Origin: Octopus sinensis
Taxonomy: Eukaryota
Assembly: GCF_006345805.1 (NCBI RefSeq)
Contig: NC_043025.1
Coordinates: forward strand, 3,410,088 to 3,474,000
DNA: 63,913 nucleotides
Direction: 5' to 3'
A program made the translations under genes and the position numbers. Shown piece by piece: positions 13,217 to 25,900 of this stretch (the stretch's first letter is position 1; each line of letters begins with the position of its first letter). The notes under the pieces were generated by a model. It saw nothing but the letters and a program-made list of their open reading frames with translations, did no database searches and was not told the DNA's origin.

Positions 13217-16200
13217 TGTGTGTGTGTGTTTGTGTATGTGTGTGTGTGTATGTGTATGTAGTTACCTAAAAATCAGGAAAAAAAAGAAGCACTGGGGGTC
13301 TGTTATTAGGCAATAAAATTGGTATATTAGTATAGTTTATTTAATGTTATATCATAGACCAAGGCAGCGAACCGGCAGAACCGTTAGCATGCTGGCCAAA
13401 AAGAAATGGTCGCCGACGTTTTGTTCGTGTTTATGTTCTGAGTTCAAATTACGCCGAGGTCGACTTTACCTTTCATCATTTAGAGATTGATAAATTAAGT
13501 ACCAGTTGAGGAGAGGGGCCGCTATAACCGACTTACACGCTTTGCTGGACTTGCTGGCCTTGTGCTAAAATTGAAGACGACGAGCTTGCAGAATCGTTAT
13601 CATGCTGGACAAAGTGCTTGGCGCTATTTCTTCCGTTTATACGCTCTGAGTTCAAATTCCGAGGCAATCTTTACTTTTCAGCCTTTCGGAGACGATAAGT
13701 TAAATACCAATCGCGTACTAAGGTGGATGTAATCGATAAGACCCCAGCCATAAATCTTCAGACATTGTGCTTGTAATAGAAAGAATATTATATTCTTGCG
13801 ATAACCAAATTACCGAATGGTTTCATGGTGGAAATGCAGAGGCAAAAGCAGCAACCATCAAACATGTCGGAATGGAAATGTTACGGATATTATTACTTTT
13901 GATAATTTGGTAATCATGTGAATATATCATAATAATAATAATAATAGTAATAATTATACATGTGTGTGTTTATGTACAAACTGGGTCATCCCATAAATAA
14001 TGCGTTTTTTCAGTTGCATGAACTACCTGCATCAACTTGTTATAAAAGCAGGTAGTAGTTCTACCTTGAACATATTCTTAGTGTAAGTTTTGAAGCGTGC
14101 AGTTCGATTTTAACAGTTATATTTTCAAAGCTATAATGGAAGTGACAAAGGAACATATTCGGCTTATTTTGCTTCATGAGTTCAATAAAGGCAACAATGC
14201 AATGGAAAGTGCGAGGAATAAGTTTAACCAGTGTCAACAATGGCGCCAAAACTTCCGAGTCGGAATCTACAGCCTAGAAGACAAGCCTCAACCAGGAAGA
14301 TCTGTAGAACTCGACGAGGACGTTCTGAAAAATTCCTTCGTAACTGTTGAGGAACTGGCAGATAAGCTTGGATTTGATCATTCAACCATTCTTCGACACC
14401 TGCGTGCCATCGGAAATGTCAGAGAATTGGGTCAATTGGTTTCCCTCAAACTTTCTGAGTTTAATTGCGCGGGAAGAATGAATCTGTGATCTTCTTTCAC
14501 GTCACGTCTCAAGAGTGAACCTTCTTTGAACCAAATAATGACTGGTGACGAGAAATGGGTTCTCTAGAAAAATGTCAAGCGCCGGAAGTCGATTAAATTT
14601 ATACACTCCTATATGGGTATTTATCGTTAGTAATTTTGAACATTTCTCATCAACTTGTACCCGCAGGTGTGCTTCAGATAGGTCCAACTTCGAAAAAAAT
14701 TTCCTCCAAATTCGCGAAAATTTCTTCCGGACTTGGTAAGGGGTAATTATATGGCATCAAATATTCGTTTATCTCTGTTGAAAACTCAACATATACACAG
14801 ACCTTTTTTCTTGATATAAACTGTTGGGGACACCCATTCAGCGTTGTCAAGTTTTTCAATAACTCGAAGCTTTTCAAGTCTATCCAATTCTTCGTTAACT
14901 CGTTTCGACGTTGACAAAAGTACAGTCCTTTTTGGTTTAAATACTGGTAGAACATTTTCTTTTGTTTGGTGCAAAAACCAAATTCATAAGAAAAATTTTC
15001 TTTAATTCTTTTCTTAATTCCTCCGGAAGAACCATTCACATTTTTACAAAAACAAAATGATGGTGAAGTCCCAAAAGTTAAATAATTCCATCCAGTCTGT
15101 TTCAAATACATTTGTCATATTATTCCGCACTAAACCCTTGGCTTTTAAGGTTTCTCCACGAAATGTCACATCACTTATCATTTTGCCCTTCAAATGCAAT
15201 TTTTTCCTGAAACATCACGTGCAATTTTCTAACTTTCTTTCGACCTATGTTTTCCGATTTTCTCCACGTATCTGCGTTTAGTGTTGTGATATCTCGGCAC
15301 GTATCCAATTGTAACTTGGCATTCCACATTATTCATTTTCAAGAACACAAATTTGCTTTTCTGAGCCTCGTTTAGATTGTTTTGTTAGCAATACTTTCTT
15401 CGAAGATTTTTATTCGTTCGAACTTTCTTTTCTCGCTCTGCGATGTGGGGTTTTATATCCGAATTTCCCAGACTCAAAATATTAAAAAGTTTTACAAGAC
15501 CAGTTACACTTAAAATGTAAGCCTCCGCACCAATAGTATGGATTGAGTCGTAACATTTGTTTTGCTTTTTTCTTATCCGTTACAGGTCTACTCGCATGAA
15601 TATGAGACCAGTCTTGTTCTACAGCTTTATCCGCATCATGTCTTAAATTTATAATGATCTGGAATTCCTCTACAACTGCCTCTATGTTATTAACCGAGCT
15701 TCTATGTTGTGTTTGGCATATTAGCTGAACAATGACGAGCCTTTTTTTCTCTTTGAGCTCTCGCCAGTATTCGCCTACTTGCTCCCCTATTGTGGGTGCT
15801 GTCTCCCCTTTGTAAGCTGTCTTGTTTCTGCACCGTCCTTCAATACTCCGTAAACTTTAGACTACATTCCTAATCTCACAGTTAACCTGTGCTTTCATAC
15901 TATGCAATTGTTTCCCGTACATGTAGGGACCTACCGAAGGAGTAAGTTCTACAGATCAAGATTTTATATGGGTTTCCGGCCTTTCTACTACTTTTATCCA
16001 TAGATTTTCCTTTTCTAAGATGGTATGCTTGTTCGCCATTTGGGTCAACATCAACGAAAATGACATTCTGTTATTTCTTGTTGTCATACCATGAGTTGGA
16101 CTTATCTATGTTTTTCCTGGTTCATTTGCATCCCGTTTCCATCACTTTTTATGATGGCCTTGTACTTAGCCCTGGCTTCTTTGTACACTCTAATCCTGTT

Positions 16201-19200
16201 CTTTTGGTTGTAGCCAGTGACCTGTACGCAGTGGATGAAGTGTTCTATATGTCTTTCCAATTCACAAAGGTCGCAAATGCGAGACACATTCCTCATCATT
16301 CTCACCAAGTCCACTATTAGAATATGAAACTTGCGTTGTCTGCAGTAGCTTCCTTCTTGTGGACCAAGTATTTAGAAGCCATAGGTTGGGCATAGTGGAA
16401 ATGAAAGACCTGGACCTTACTATTCTTAGTTTCCAGCCAGTATTCCGCATCTAAATCCAGTAGCCTATATTTCGGGTGCGTGTTAGGGCTGTCTACTGTA
16501 ACTTTATTTCACTTTGGCCACTATGTCGATATCACCCACATAGGGAGAGTACATGGTTAGGGTTCTGGAGTTCCCTGCTAATCTCCCTTTGAGTCCCTAT
16601 CCGACCATAACATAAATAGGTTAGCCTCATCATCAGCGACACTCACACCGATGGCTACACCTTCCTCTTAGGCGTATATCTTGTTATTAAACTTGAATAT
16701 GTGGCCCTTAACTGTCACCCGGGGACTCGCTCGTACTCATCGCACGTGCAACCATCTCTTTTACACGATCATCATTTTGAGTGGTTGGTATAGCGCTGGT
16801 CCACCCGTTCCATCTCTCTCTCTAGGAGTCTTCTTGGCCACTGAGGTGATAGTAGGGGGTCAACCCTTTACCGATGTAGTGGGACAGAAACGACTAATGT
16901 CATATTCATCTAAGTAAGCCTTGTCAACTGTCAGTTTCAGGAAGGGGCCCAGTTCTTCTGTGTCAACATCAATGGATGGGTATAAGGATACTACATCCAT
17001 ACTGCTCATTACACATCGCGCCAGGTCGTAGCTATGGTTGCAGTCACTGATTCAGAAGACTGATTGAATTAATGAGAATTACGAAGGAAAGAAATTAACA
17101 TCGTATTAACAAAGGATGACATAGTAATTAAAACAAAATATTTTCTTGAAGGAATAAATAATTTAGAATTAAAATAATTGTAGCGTGGTTACGGTAACTT
17201 AAAAAGTAAATTAATAAATAAATTAATAAGTAAATACTCGGTAATGGTTCGGCCAAAGTGTAAAGGGTTCAGAACATTCTCTTTTCTGAAGATTATTTTT
17301 GTTAAAAAAATGAGTGACGAATGTGAGCGAATTATTTGAAAAGCCTATTATTTCAGATATACCTGCCTTAATTTCCAGATTTATTTAGGATGTTTATCAA
17401 TTAAAGCTATTATATCAGATATAACTGGTATTTTACTCAGCAATACCTTGCAGGTCAGCAAAAACTATCGACTTTGACCAAAATACCTAATGTGTTTGCC
17501 GGCTGTAGCTAGGAGGTCAGCTCTATCTAATAGTTGGTAATCTGTATGTTATAGATTAGCTACATATATCTTGTATATCATCTAAATCTAGTTTGTTACC
17601 TGTTTGGTATATCATGTAGTATATTACCTATACATGTCCACTATATATTGTATGTCATCTATATACTGCATTCCTATGTATACTCCCTGTAGTCTCTTTG
17701 ACCGATACATTTTATTGTATCATGTTTGTCTTACGTCTCCGAAGTATATCTAGAATGCTATCTAAAGAAGATATTCTCTCTTTCTCTCCATCCTATTTAA
17801 TTGTACCTTACCAATTCTGATACGCGGAATTCTGTAATATGTCCCCAAATAATTATATTCGTATATATTCGTTTGCGTTTATATGTGAAGAATAATTAAA
17901 GACCAAAAGAAAGAAATGTGAGCTTAGTTCATGCTGAACCTGAAATACAGTTTGATTCAAAGCAGAAAATATTTTCACTTCAACAAAGCCTATTGTAGCA
18001 TTTAGACGGAATAGAAATATAAGAGAACTATTAATCTCTACTTCTGACTCCAGGAAGTCTAACATTAGAGTATCTGCACGCCGTACTTTGAATAACAGCC
18101 GTAAGAGATGTAAGCCCTGTTCATTGTTCTTGTCTTCCTGTCCATCTCCTTTAGTTTCTTCTCTCTCCACTTCACGATTCCAGCGCCATACCGAACTATT
18201 GCGACTGCGTGCGAGTTTATTGCCGAAATTTCTGGCATTTACCTTCGAAGCCAATATATTTCTCACTCGCCTCAGGTACTCTCTTTTCCTTCATGTCATT
18301 GTGTTTGATTCTATCTGCCTCAAGTATTTCCGGGTATTTATAGCTGGATCGAGGTTGAATTGCCCTCATCCTTTCACCACTTAGCAACCATATGCCTTGT
18401 CCTGAGAAGCTTTCCTCGTCTCATCACCGTCGTAGCACATCTTGAGACTCCAAACTCCATCTTAATTTCATTGGATAAAATCCGCACAGACTGGACTAGG
18501 CTGTCCAGTTCTGACTCAGTTTTTGTGAATAGCTTCAGGTCGTCCAGGAATAGCAAGTGGTTCAGTTTTCCTTTACCTCTTCCCAGATCATACCCCAACT
18601 TTGTCTTCTGTAGTATTTCACTCAAGGAAATCATTCTTAGCACGAAGATCAGTGGGGGCACTTTATCTCCCAGGAAGATTCCTCTTTTTGATCTTCGCCT
18701 CTCCTAATGCTTGATTCCATGCTGCCAATTTCGTTCACGAGTCCTTCATGCCATTCCATGTGAGGCTTCACATATTTTCTACTATTCCATACATTCCCAT
18801 TGTTCTTATTATCCAGGTGAGTGCTTTCATATCGTATGCTTTAAGATTGACAACCCATAACATGTTCAGGTTTGTGTGTCGTTTCTTGCAGTTCCTGCTA
18901 ATTAGATCATCAATTAAGAGCTGATCCTTCGTTCCCCGACCCCTCCTTCGGCACCCTGTCTGTTCAATATCTAGCAGTCCACTTTTTTCAAGAATCTATA
19001 CGGTTCACCGGCCAAAACACCTGACATTAGTTTCCACATTAGCAGAAGCCTGTTATTGGTCTAAAGTTGGATGCAACATTTCCCTTTTCAGGATCCTCGG
19101 CACATAACAATATCTTTCCTTTTGTCATCCAGCTGGGTAATTGCTTTCTTTCAATTTTGTTTCCATTTCTTGCCGAGTGTCTTTCCGACACCTAGGACAA

Positions 19201-22200
19201 AGAAATCCACTGTATACATTCATAGACCATTTAAATAAACACAACAGATTACGAAGGGAAGTTATGGCATGGAAAGAAGTGAAAGAAGAAGCACAGAATT
19301 GGTGTGCCATGCCATCATTATTGTTTAGAAAAAGCAGAAAATATTTAATGATATTTCGAAAAATAAACCTTTATCATTTTATTTTCTCCTTGCTAATTAT
19401 GAACATTCACGTGCATGTCTGCCATAGAAACTAAAAAAGAATACATCTCTGTACTTCTTCAGTTTCTGCAGTGGTACATCTCCAACCTTAAAGACAGCTG
19501 GTGCGTAGAACAATCACAGCGTTCCTAGTGCCACAACGTCCCGTTTAAATGTGTTTTAGTCAGAAACAATGGCCAGGTTGTTATTACCAAACCTCCGACA
19601 CCAAAACCGCCCTAAACCACCATAAAATGGAATCATTTCAAGTGACTAATAGTCTTCTCGCTTAAAGGCACTTTATTATTCAACAATGTTAGCTAAAAGA
19701 GAACAGGAACTTTATATGGTTCCACTTTCCAGTAAAAACCATTTCACATTATTGATGCTATCAGCATCTTTTGGAAAAAATAAACCTGAATGTCATAACT
19801 TTAATAAGCTTGCTCAAATTTTATAAACCTTGTTTCTTCTTAAATCAAACAGAAGTTTCTCTTTTGATCTGAAGCGTATTCAGTTAGAGTTCTCTTTATA
19901 ATTACAGCGACCTCAAAGGCAATAAGGATTTGATGTGTGGATGTCACCTGCCAGCCTTGGTGAAATATATGAGAAATAACTATAACAGAACTGTGAATGT
20001 CAGTGGCGAGTGTCAGTCAGATCTCGGCAAAAGAATACCAATACCGAAATATTCGCAATGTACAAGTTAGTAAAATCCTCCTTGTTTCTCTTGTTCTTTT
20101 ATTATTAACACAAAGAAAATTCCGGTTATTCTCTGCAGCTCACAATATAATGTCTTACGAAACAGGAACAACAGATACAGATATAAAGAAATAAACGTTT
20201 TACCATCCACACGCTTCACATATTCTTTCTGATGCATTTAAGGAGTCAACTGTATCACACAAACCCTAATTGACACACACACACACACACACACACACAA
20301 GCACACATAATGACACACACATACACACAACAGCGCACGCAGGCATGAATGGGCATTCACATACACACATGTACAGAGACACATCCTCCTTCTAACTCAC
20401 CCTCTCTCACATACATTCTCACTCACATCCGTACGACTACATAAGCATAGAACCAGAAGATAAGATTGATATTGAAGAGGTCATGAATGGCGACAAAATG
20501 TCTCTAACAACCATAACTGGTTGAGAGAATAATTCGTTAACAAATGATTAAACAAATTGACGAATCATAAAGAAGTGAAATTGAACAAGTGCGAGCGTTT
20601 TTTATTGGCATAATGACCTCCCGGAGGTACAATAAATGCTCTAGTATTCGATCCTCAGAAAAGGGCAGCTTGGTAAGAAAGCCTACCCTCATCTATGGAC
20701 ATGAATGTTGATTAACGACCGGAAGAGTGTGATCACAAAAAAACAGAGGCCGAAATTAATTTCCTCCGAAGAAACTCTAGAATAACACTACTTGACAGGG
20801 TCCATGCTTCGGAGATGACGGCGCCTCTCCAAACCGGCAGAACATCTAAGGGCAGACCAAGAACAAGATGGTGAGATAATATCCAGTTTCAGTCGGTCCC
20901 GTTCGAGAATCCAGCCAGAAAGTGTATTGACAATTGCTTTTGATAGGACCCTATGCATGAGGTACTTCAGGACTCTATCTTCATGACCCTCACTAGAATA
21001 ATGAACATAGAGGATGAACATATGGAGGAAAATGTGCAGTGTTCGGATTAAATATGACGATCTTTATATCCCATTTTTTCAGGAAAAGCTTAAGGTATTC
21101 GTGAACAGTCAATGGCGTTGGAGAGCATAAACATAAAGTTGTAGCTGAGAAAAATTTAGCTGACATGGAGAACTGGGATCCATCTGAATATTGGAAAACA
21201 GTCACATGTATCATTATGTTTCGTACCGGTTATCAAAATGCTAACATCATGCTTGCTGCTCAATGCTTTGTGAACAATGTAAAGACTGTAAGACGTGACA
21301 TGGAGAGATTCAGCAGAAACTAGAAGCTAAAATTCGAATGCGAGAAGAAAATTATTTGAGAAGATCAAATATCAAGACAAGATAAATTCCAAGAAACAAA
21401 AGAAAAATCAGGAATATAAAAAGTCTGACAAGATGGCACACTTCATGAAGATCAAATAATGTAGACGGTTCAATCAAGGCGTTGGTACACATGTGTGAAG
21501 AGAGGGTAAGAAAATGGGTGTCAGAAGGAGGAGAGAAGAGCAAAAGTGTTTTTTTATTGGAAGAAGAGTGAACACAATTAGTGAGAGACGGAAGAAGAGC
21601 GATTGCGTGGCGGTTATGTATATGGGAGTGAAATGGTTGCAGTTGATAGCGGCCAAGCAGTAATGAAAGGTAAAAGGAGGAGAGAGACGTGAATGAGTTA
21701 GAGGTACAAACCAAAGCAAGGTTTAAGAAAGTGAATGTGTGAGAGCACATGTGTGTGTGTGTGTCTGAAGAGTAAGTGTGCATGAATATGTCTGGGTCCA
21801 TGTACCAGTGTATACTTGTTTGTATGTATGTGTAAATGATAGAAGACGCTAGGGGAAGAGGTGTGCGTGTGTGTGTGTGTGATAAAGTATGAAGAGAGTA
21901 ACTATGATGACCGAGGTGAGATGTTTGTGTGTGTAAAATCTGCGGCGTGGGCAGGAATTGAAATCAAAAGTTGTATAAGTTTTGAGATAGAAGATATACA
22001 TCACTTTCCTGAAGAAATGGAGAATCCGGTGCTGAAGGTCAACTTGAAAATCGAGAGGCGTTGGGTAGAGTGGTCGGTGAAGCGGAAACATCGAGTGACT
22101 GGTGATGCTTTGCCAAGTAGGATGACTCTATGATACTTTAAGATGTCCTTGATATTATGGGCCAGTGTTCACCTAGATCGGATCACGAACAAGCCTTGTT

Positions 22201-22885
22201 TTGAGTATATGTGGCTGGTAAATGTCTTTACCGTGACCCTTTCCAAGGCTGCTGTGATTGGCTGGAGAAAAGGGAGGAAGATATCCTCAAACCAGAGACA
22301 TGCCGTGATTGTTTACAACAGAGAAGAAGCCTCTGTTAAAGGCAGCCACGGTTCCAAGTGATGGACATAATATGGGGATCGATTACGTACACCACCCAAG
22401 AAAACATACACTTCATTATGTATAGAAATGTATATGCGCACACGTACATGCAACACATACACACATACTCACAGATATACACATACATACATACATACAT
22501 ACATACATACATACATACATACATACATACATACAACTTTCCAAAAGAAGAGTAGAATCAAATATGTGGAGCAGGGGCGCACATGAAGACAAAATGTGTC
22601 ACTGAAGAGGTCACAGATGTGCGACGAAAGATTTTCAGACAATGGTCATGAGTTACAATAAGAACAATAATAAAGGTATATTTATTTGGCGAAAAAAAAT
22701 GACCATCCCGAAATACAACAATATGTGTTTCAACACGGGATTTCACATCAGAAGTCTTGGAAAATAAATTCATAAACAAGTAAAAGAATAAAAGACTAAT
22801 AGACTATGTATTATAACATTTTATTATATATTTAAATTAAATGTCCTTGACAAGTCTTGCCAAGCAGTTTGTCCTTTCCTTTTGC

Positions 22886-22951
<66 letters not shown>

Positions 22952-25900
22952 CATCACCGGAACTGTAAAAATCTGTACAACTCTCCACAAGTTTATCATT
23001 TATATATATACAATTATGTCTAGATTCGCAAGTGTATGCATGAGAATACATACATAGTGCAAAACATACGAATCTGTACTTATACATACATATATACATA
23101 CGTAGATACATACATGCATACATACGTAGATACATACATACATACATACATACATACATACATACATACATACCATACATACATACATACATACTACATA
23201 CATACATACATATAAAAGTACCCTGTTAATGTTGTTGAAACTCTAATGAAGAGCCTAGATTAGAAACCGGTTCTCTCCTAATTGGCAAGAAATCTTCAAA
23301 TAAAACTGAATACTGACATACATCCTTAAATTTATATATTCAAAAGAGCAGCATACTATTGCTAATGTTTTCTAATTTTATTCAAATATTTTTTGGCTCA
23401 GTTCATGCATTAAGACCATGTTTATTGTTCACATGTTTATCGTTCATAAATTAGGAAAAGGTTTATAGTCTTTGTTAATGTATAAGAACATGTTTATAGT
23501 CTTCCGTAATAATTTGGATTATATGTCTAACACGTATTAATTCCAACACTTAACACGTATATATTTGCTTCGCATCACAAAGTATTTCTTGTTATTGCTA
23601 TGCATGACACTATTTGGTTTCTAAATATGGATATTTATTTATGTTCTCTAGATTACTCGTTGTTTCAACGGAATTTACAGTGTCAGACATGTTCAGGGAT
23701 GATGTGCAATCATTCAGGAGTGACAAACTGTCCAGGAGCAGAGGTAAACCGAAATGTTACTTTCTTCTTTTCCATTAAAATATATCCACAGCCATCACTC
23801 GACAGCCAGTGTGACCAGGTAGCTTGTACTATGCTCTCGCTAATTGTTTTAGGTGCCAGTGTAAACGTAGACACCCTCTCGGTATTTTTATCCTTAACTC
23901 AATGGGACAGCAAGGATAAGACACATGAAGGGAGAGATTGATGACCATCACTAGACTGGAACTCATTTTAAGTTAAGACTGGGTCAAAGCGAAATGAGGT
24001 GCCTTGTTTAAGAACACAACGTGCCACCCTGTCCAGGAATCGAACACGCGAACTTATGAGTGATCATTGCCTGACAAACATGGTTGTACTTAGAGTGTGA
24101 TATATGAATGCATGTGACCAGGAATCAATTCGGAAACAAAGGTCTCAGTTCAATGACCTCGGAACGCTAGATATAAAAAGGGTCGTTGGAAGTTGGACGT
24201 GTCCCTACCAGCTCGCAACGATTACAGGAAGCGTTTTAATGAATTAGTTAAGCATCAGGTGACAGAAGCAACCATGAAGAACCGGTGGTAGGACGTACTT
24301 AAGGGGCCTATTAGATGAGAATCGAAAGTGTTTCGAAAAGAGCTACCAATAAAGAGGAATAGAGTGGAAAGGTGATTAGGAGAGGTGCTTGGTAAAAGCA
24401 TGGCAACCAACATTCTAGTGCTGAATTTGGCCCTCGAGCATTTCTTTAATGGAAAACAAGAAGACTGCGTTACCAGAGCAAAAGTCGTCTCTGCATTAAA
24501 ACACGAGGGAACAAACACCCACAATTTGGCCTTTGGTGGATGGAAACGGTACGTGGTACTCGGTTTCGAAGAACAGATATGTATGGCTACGGTCGAGTAT
24601 TCGGGGCCGCTAATGATTCGGAGACAATAGGCGACCTCAAGTGCCTACCTCCATGGACTACCTGCTCCAGTGAGAAGCTGATGACACTAGCTCATATACT
24701 GGAGGTGATGAGCGAAGGAAGAAGGCACAAACTGCCATGTTAAGATGGTCTGCTTTCTGAGATTTACGAATTCATGCCAGATTTGCCTGGGAAACTCTTA
24801 AAAGATAATTATCGCAACTAGCAGCAGAACGGGGGGAATTCCTAGTGGTGTGAGACTGGAGTGGCAATGCCACTAAGAAAAGGAGACACATTATACAATT
24901 TTCGGCCCATAACTTTTGCAAATTCAGAATTTAACATATGGGTAAAAATGATAGCTTTTGTTAGGGTCGTGGACATTCTTTACTTGGACGATATGCAAGA
25001 AGCGGCCGAGTTCGAACAATTTTTACAACACTTTTATTTGCTGCGATGCACAGCGACACCTACTCGGTGGTCAAAGTTTACAGCCTTTTCTCAAAGAAGG
25101 CTGCCCTCTCTCTCGCCTCACATGTAGGTGCCGGGTTTTAAGTCACAACAGCGATAGATGGAACCAGCTCAAAGATGTTCCTTTCGAACTGGAAAGTCCT
25201 TGTCAGTTTATGCGGACGATGCCATTGTCACGGTATTGGATACTACCGAAGTGAAAACAAACGGTACAATTTTAAAAGAATACGAAACGGTGGCATGCAC
25301 TAAGATCAACTTGGACAATTGAGTAGATATAAAGCTAGGCATCTGGAGAGGCAGGTGGAGAGGCTGGCGAAAAGTGTTGTGCTACCCTGGCACGGTGAAC
25401 AGCTTAAATTACTTGGCGTCTGGATATCTCCCTACGTCCAGGTGGAGAAGGACTGAAAAAAGATAAGGAGCAGCGTGGCTAGTCTTAATCAGAAATGGGC
25501 TGAAATAAAGCTGTCTCCGAAGGGTCGGGCAGTGGTGAGGAAATGTCTTATCACCTATTTTATTGATTATCACATGACCATTATGCCCTGTCCCAGCTTC
25601 TATTACACTGGATTTACTTTTCATGGAAGGGAAGGGTTCCAATTATCGAACAGCCTATCTTTGTGCAGCTCCTTCTGAAAGACGGGTTAGGAATGCTCTT
25701 GCTGCCAATGCACAGGCACGCGTTGAGGGTGTGGAGACCGATCGTGAAGCACGTTTTTTCGCGGTTCGTGTCTGTGAATGGGCTTCGGTCCTCAGTGAAC
25801 TTAAGACCAAGATTAGATTCCCGGTATCTATTATGTCATCAGGCAATCTATCCCTCTCGTAGTTGTGTAACTGAATCTGTAGACGCTCCACTCTAGCAAT

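Noticed and set aside
19463-19500. 38-nt candidate mini-exon ([12 protein letters not shown], phase 2-1)
   Set aside because: Exon 19908-20065 fills the same phase slot with a clear LRRCT; including both would break the frame.
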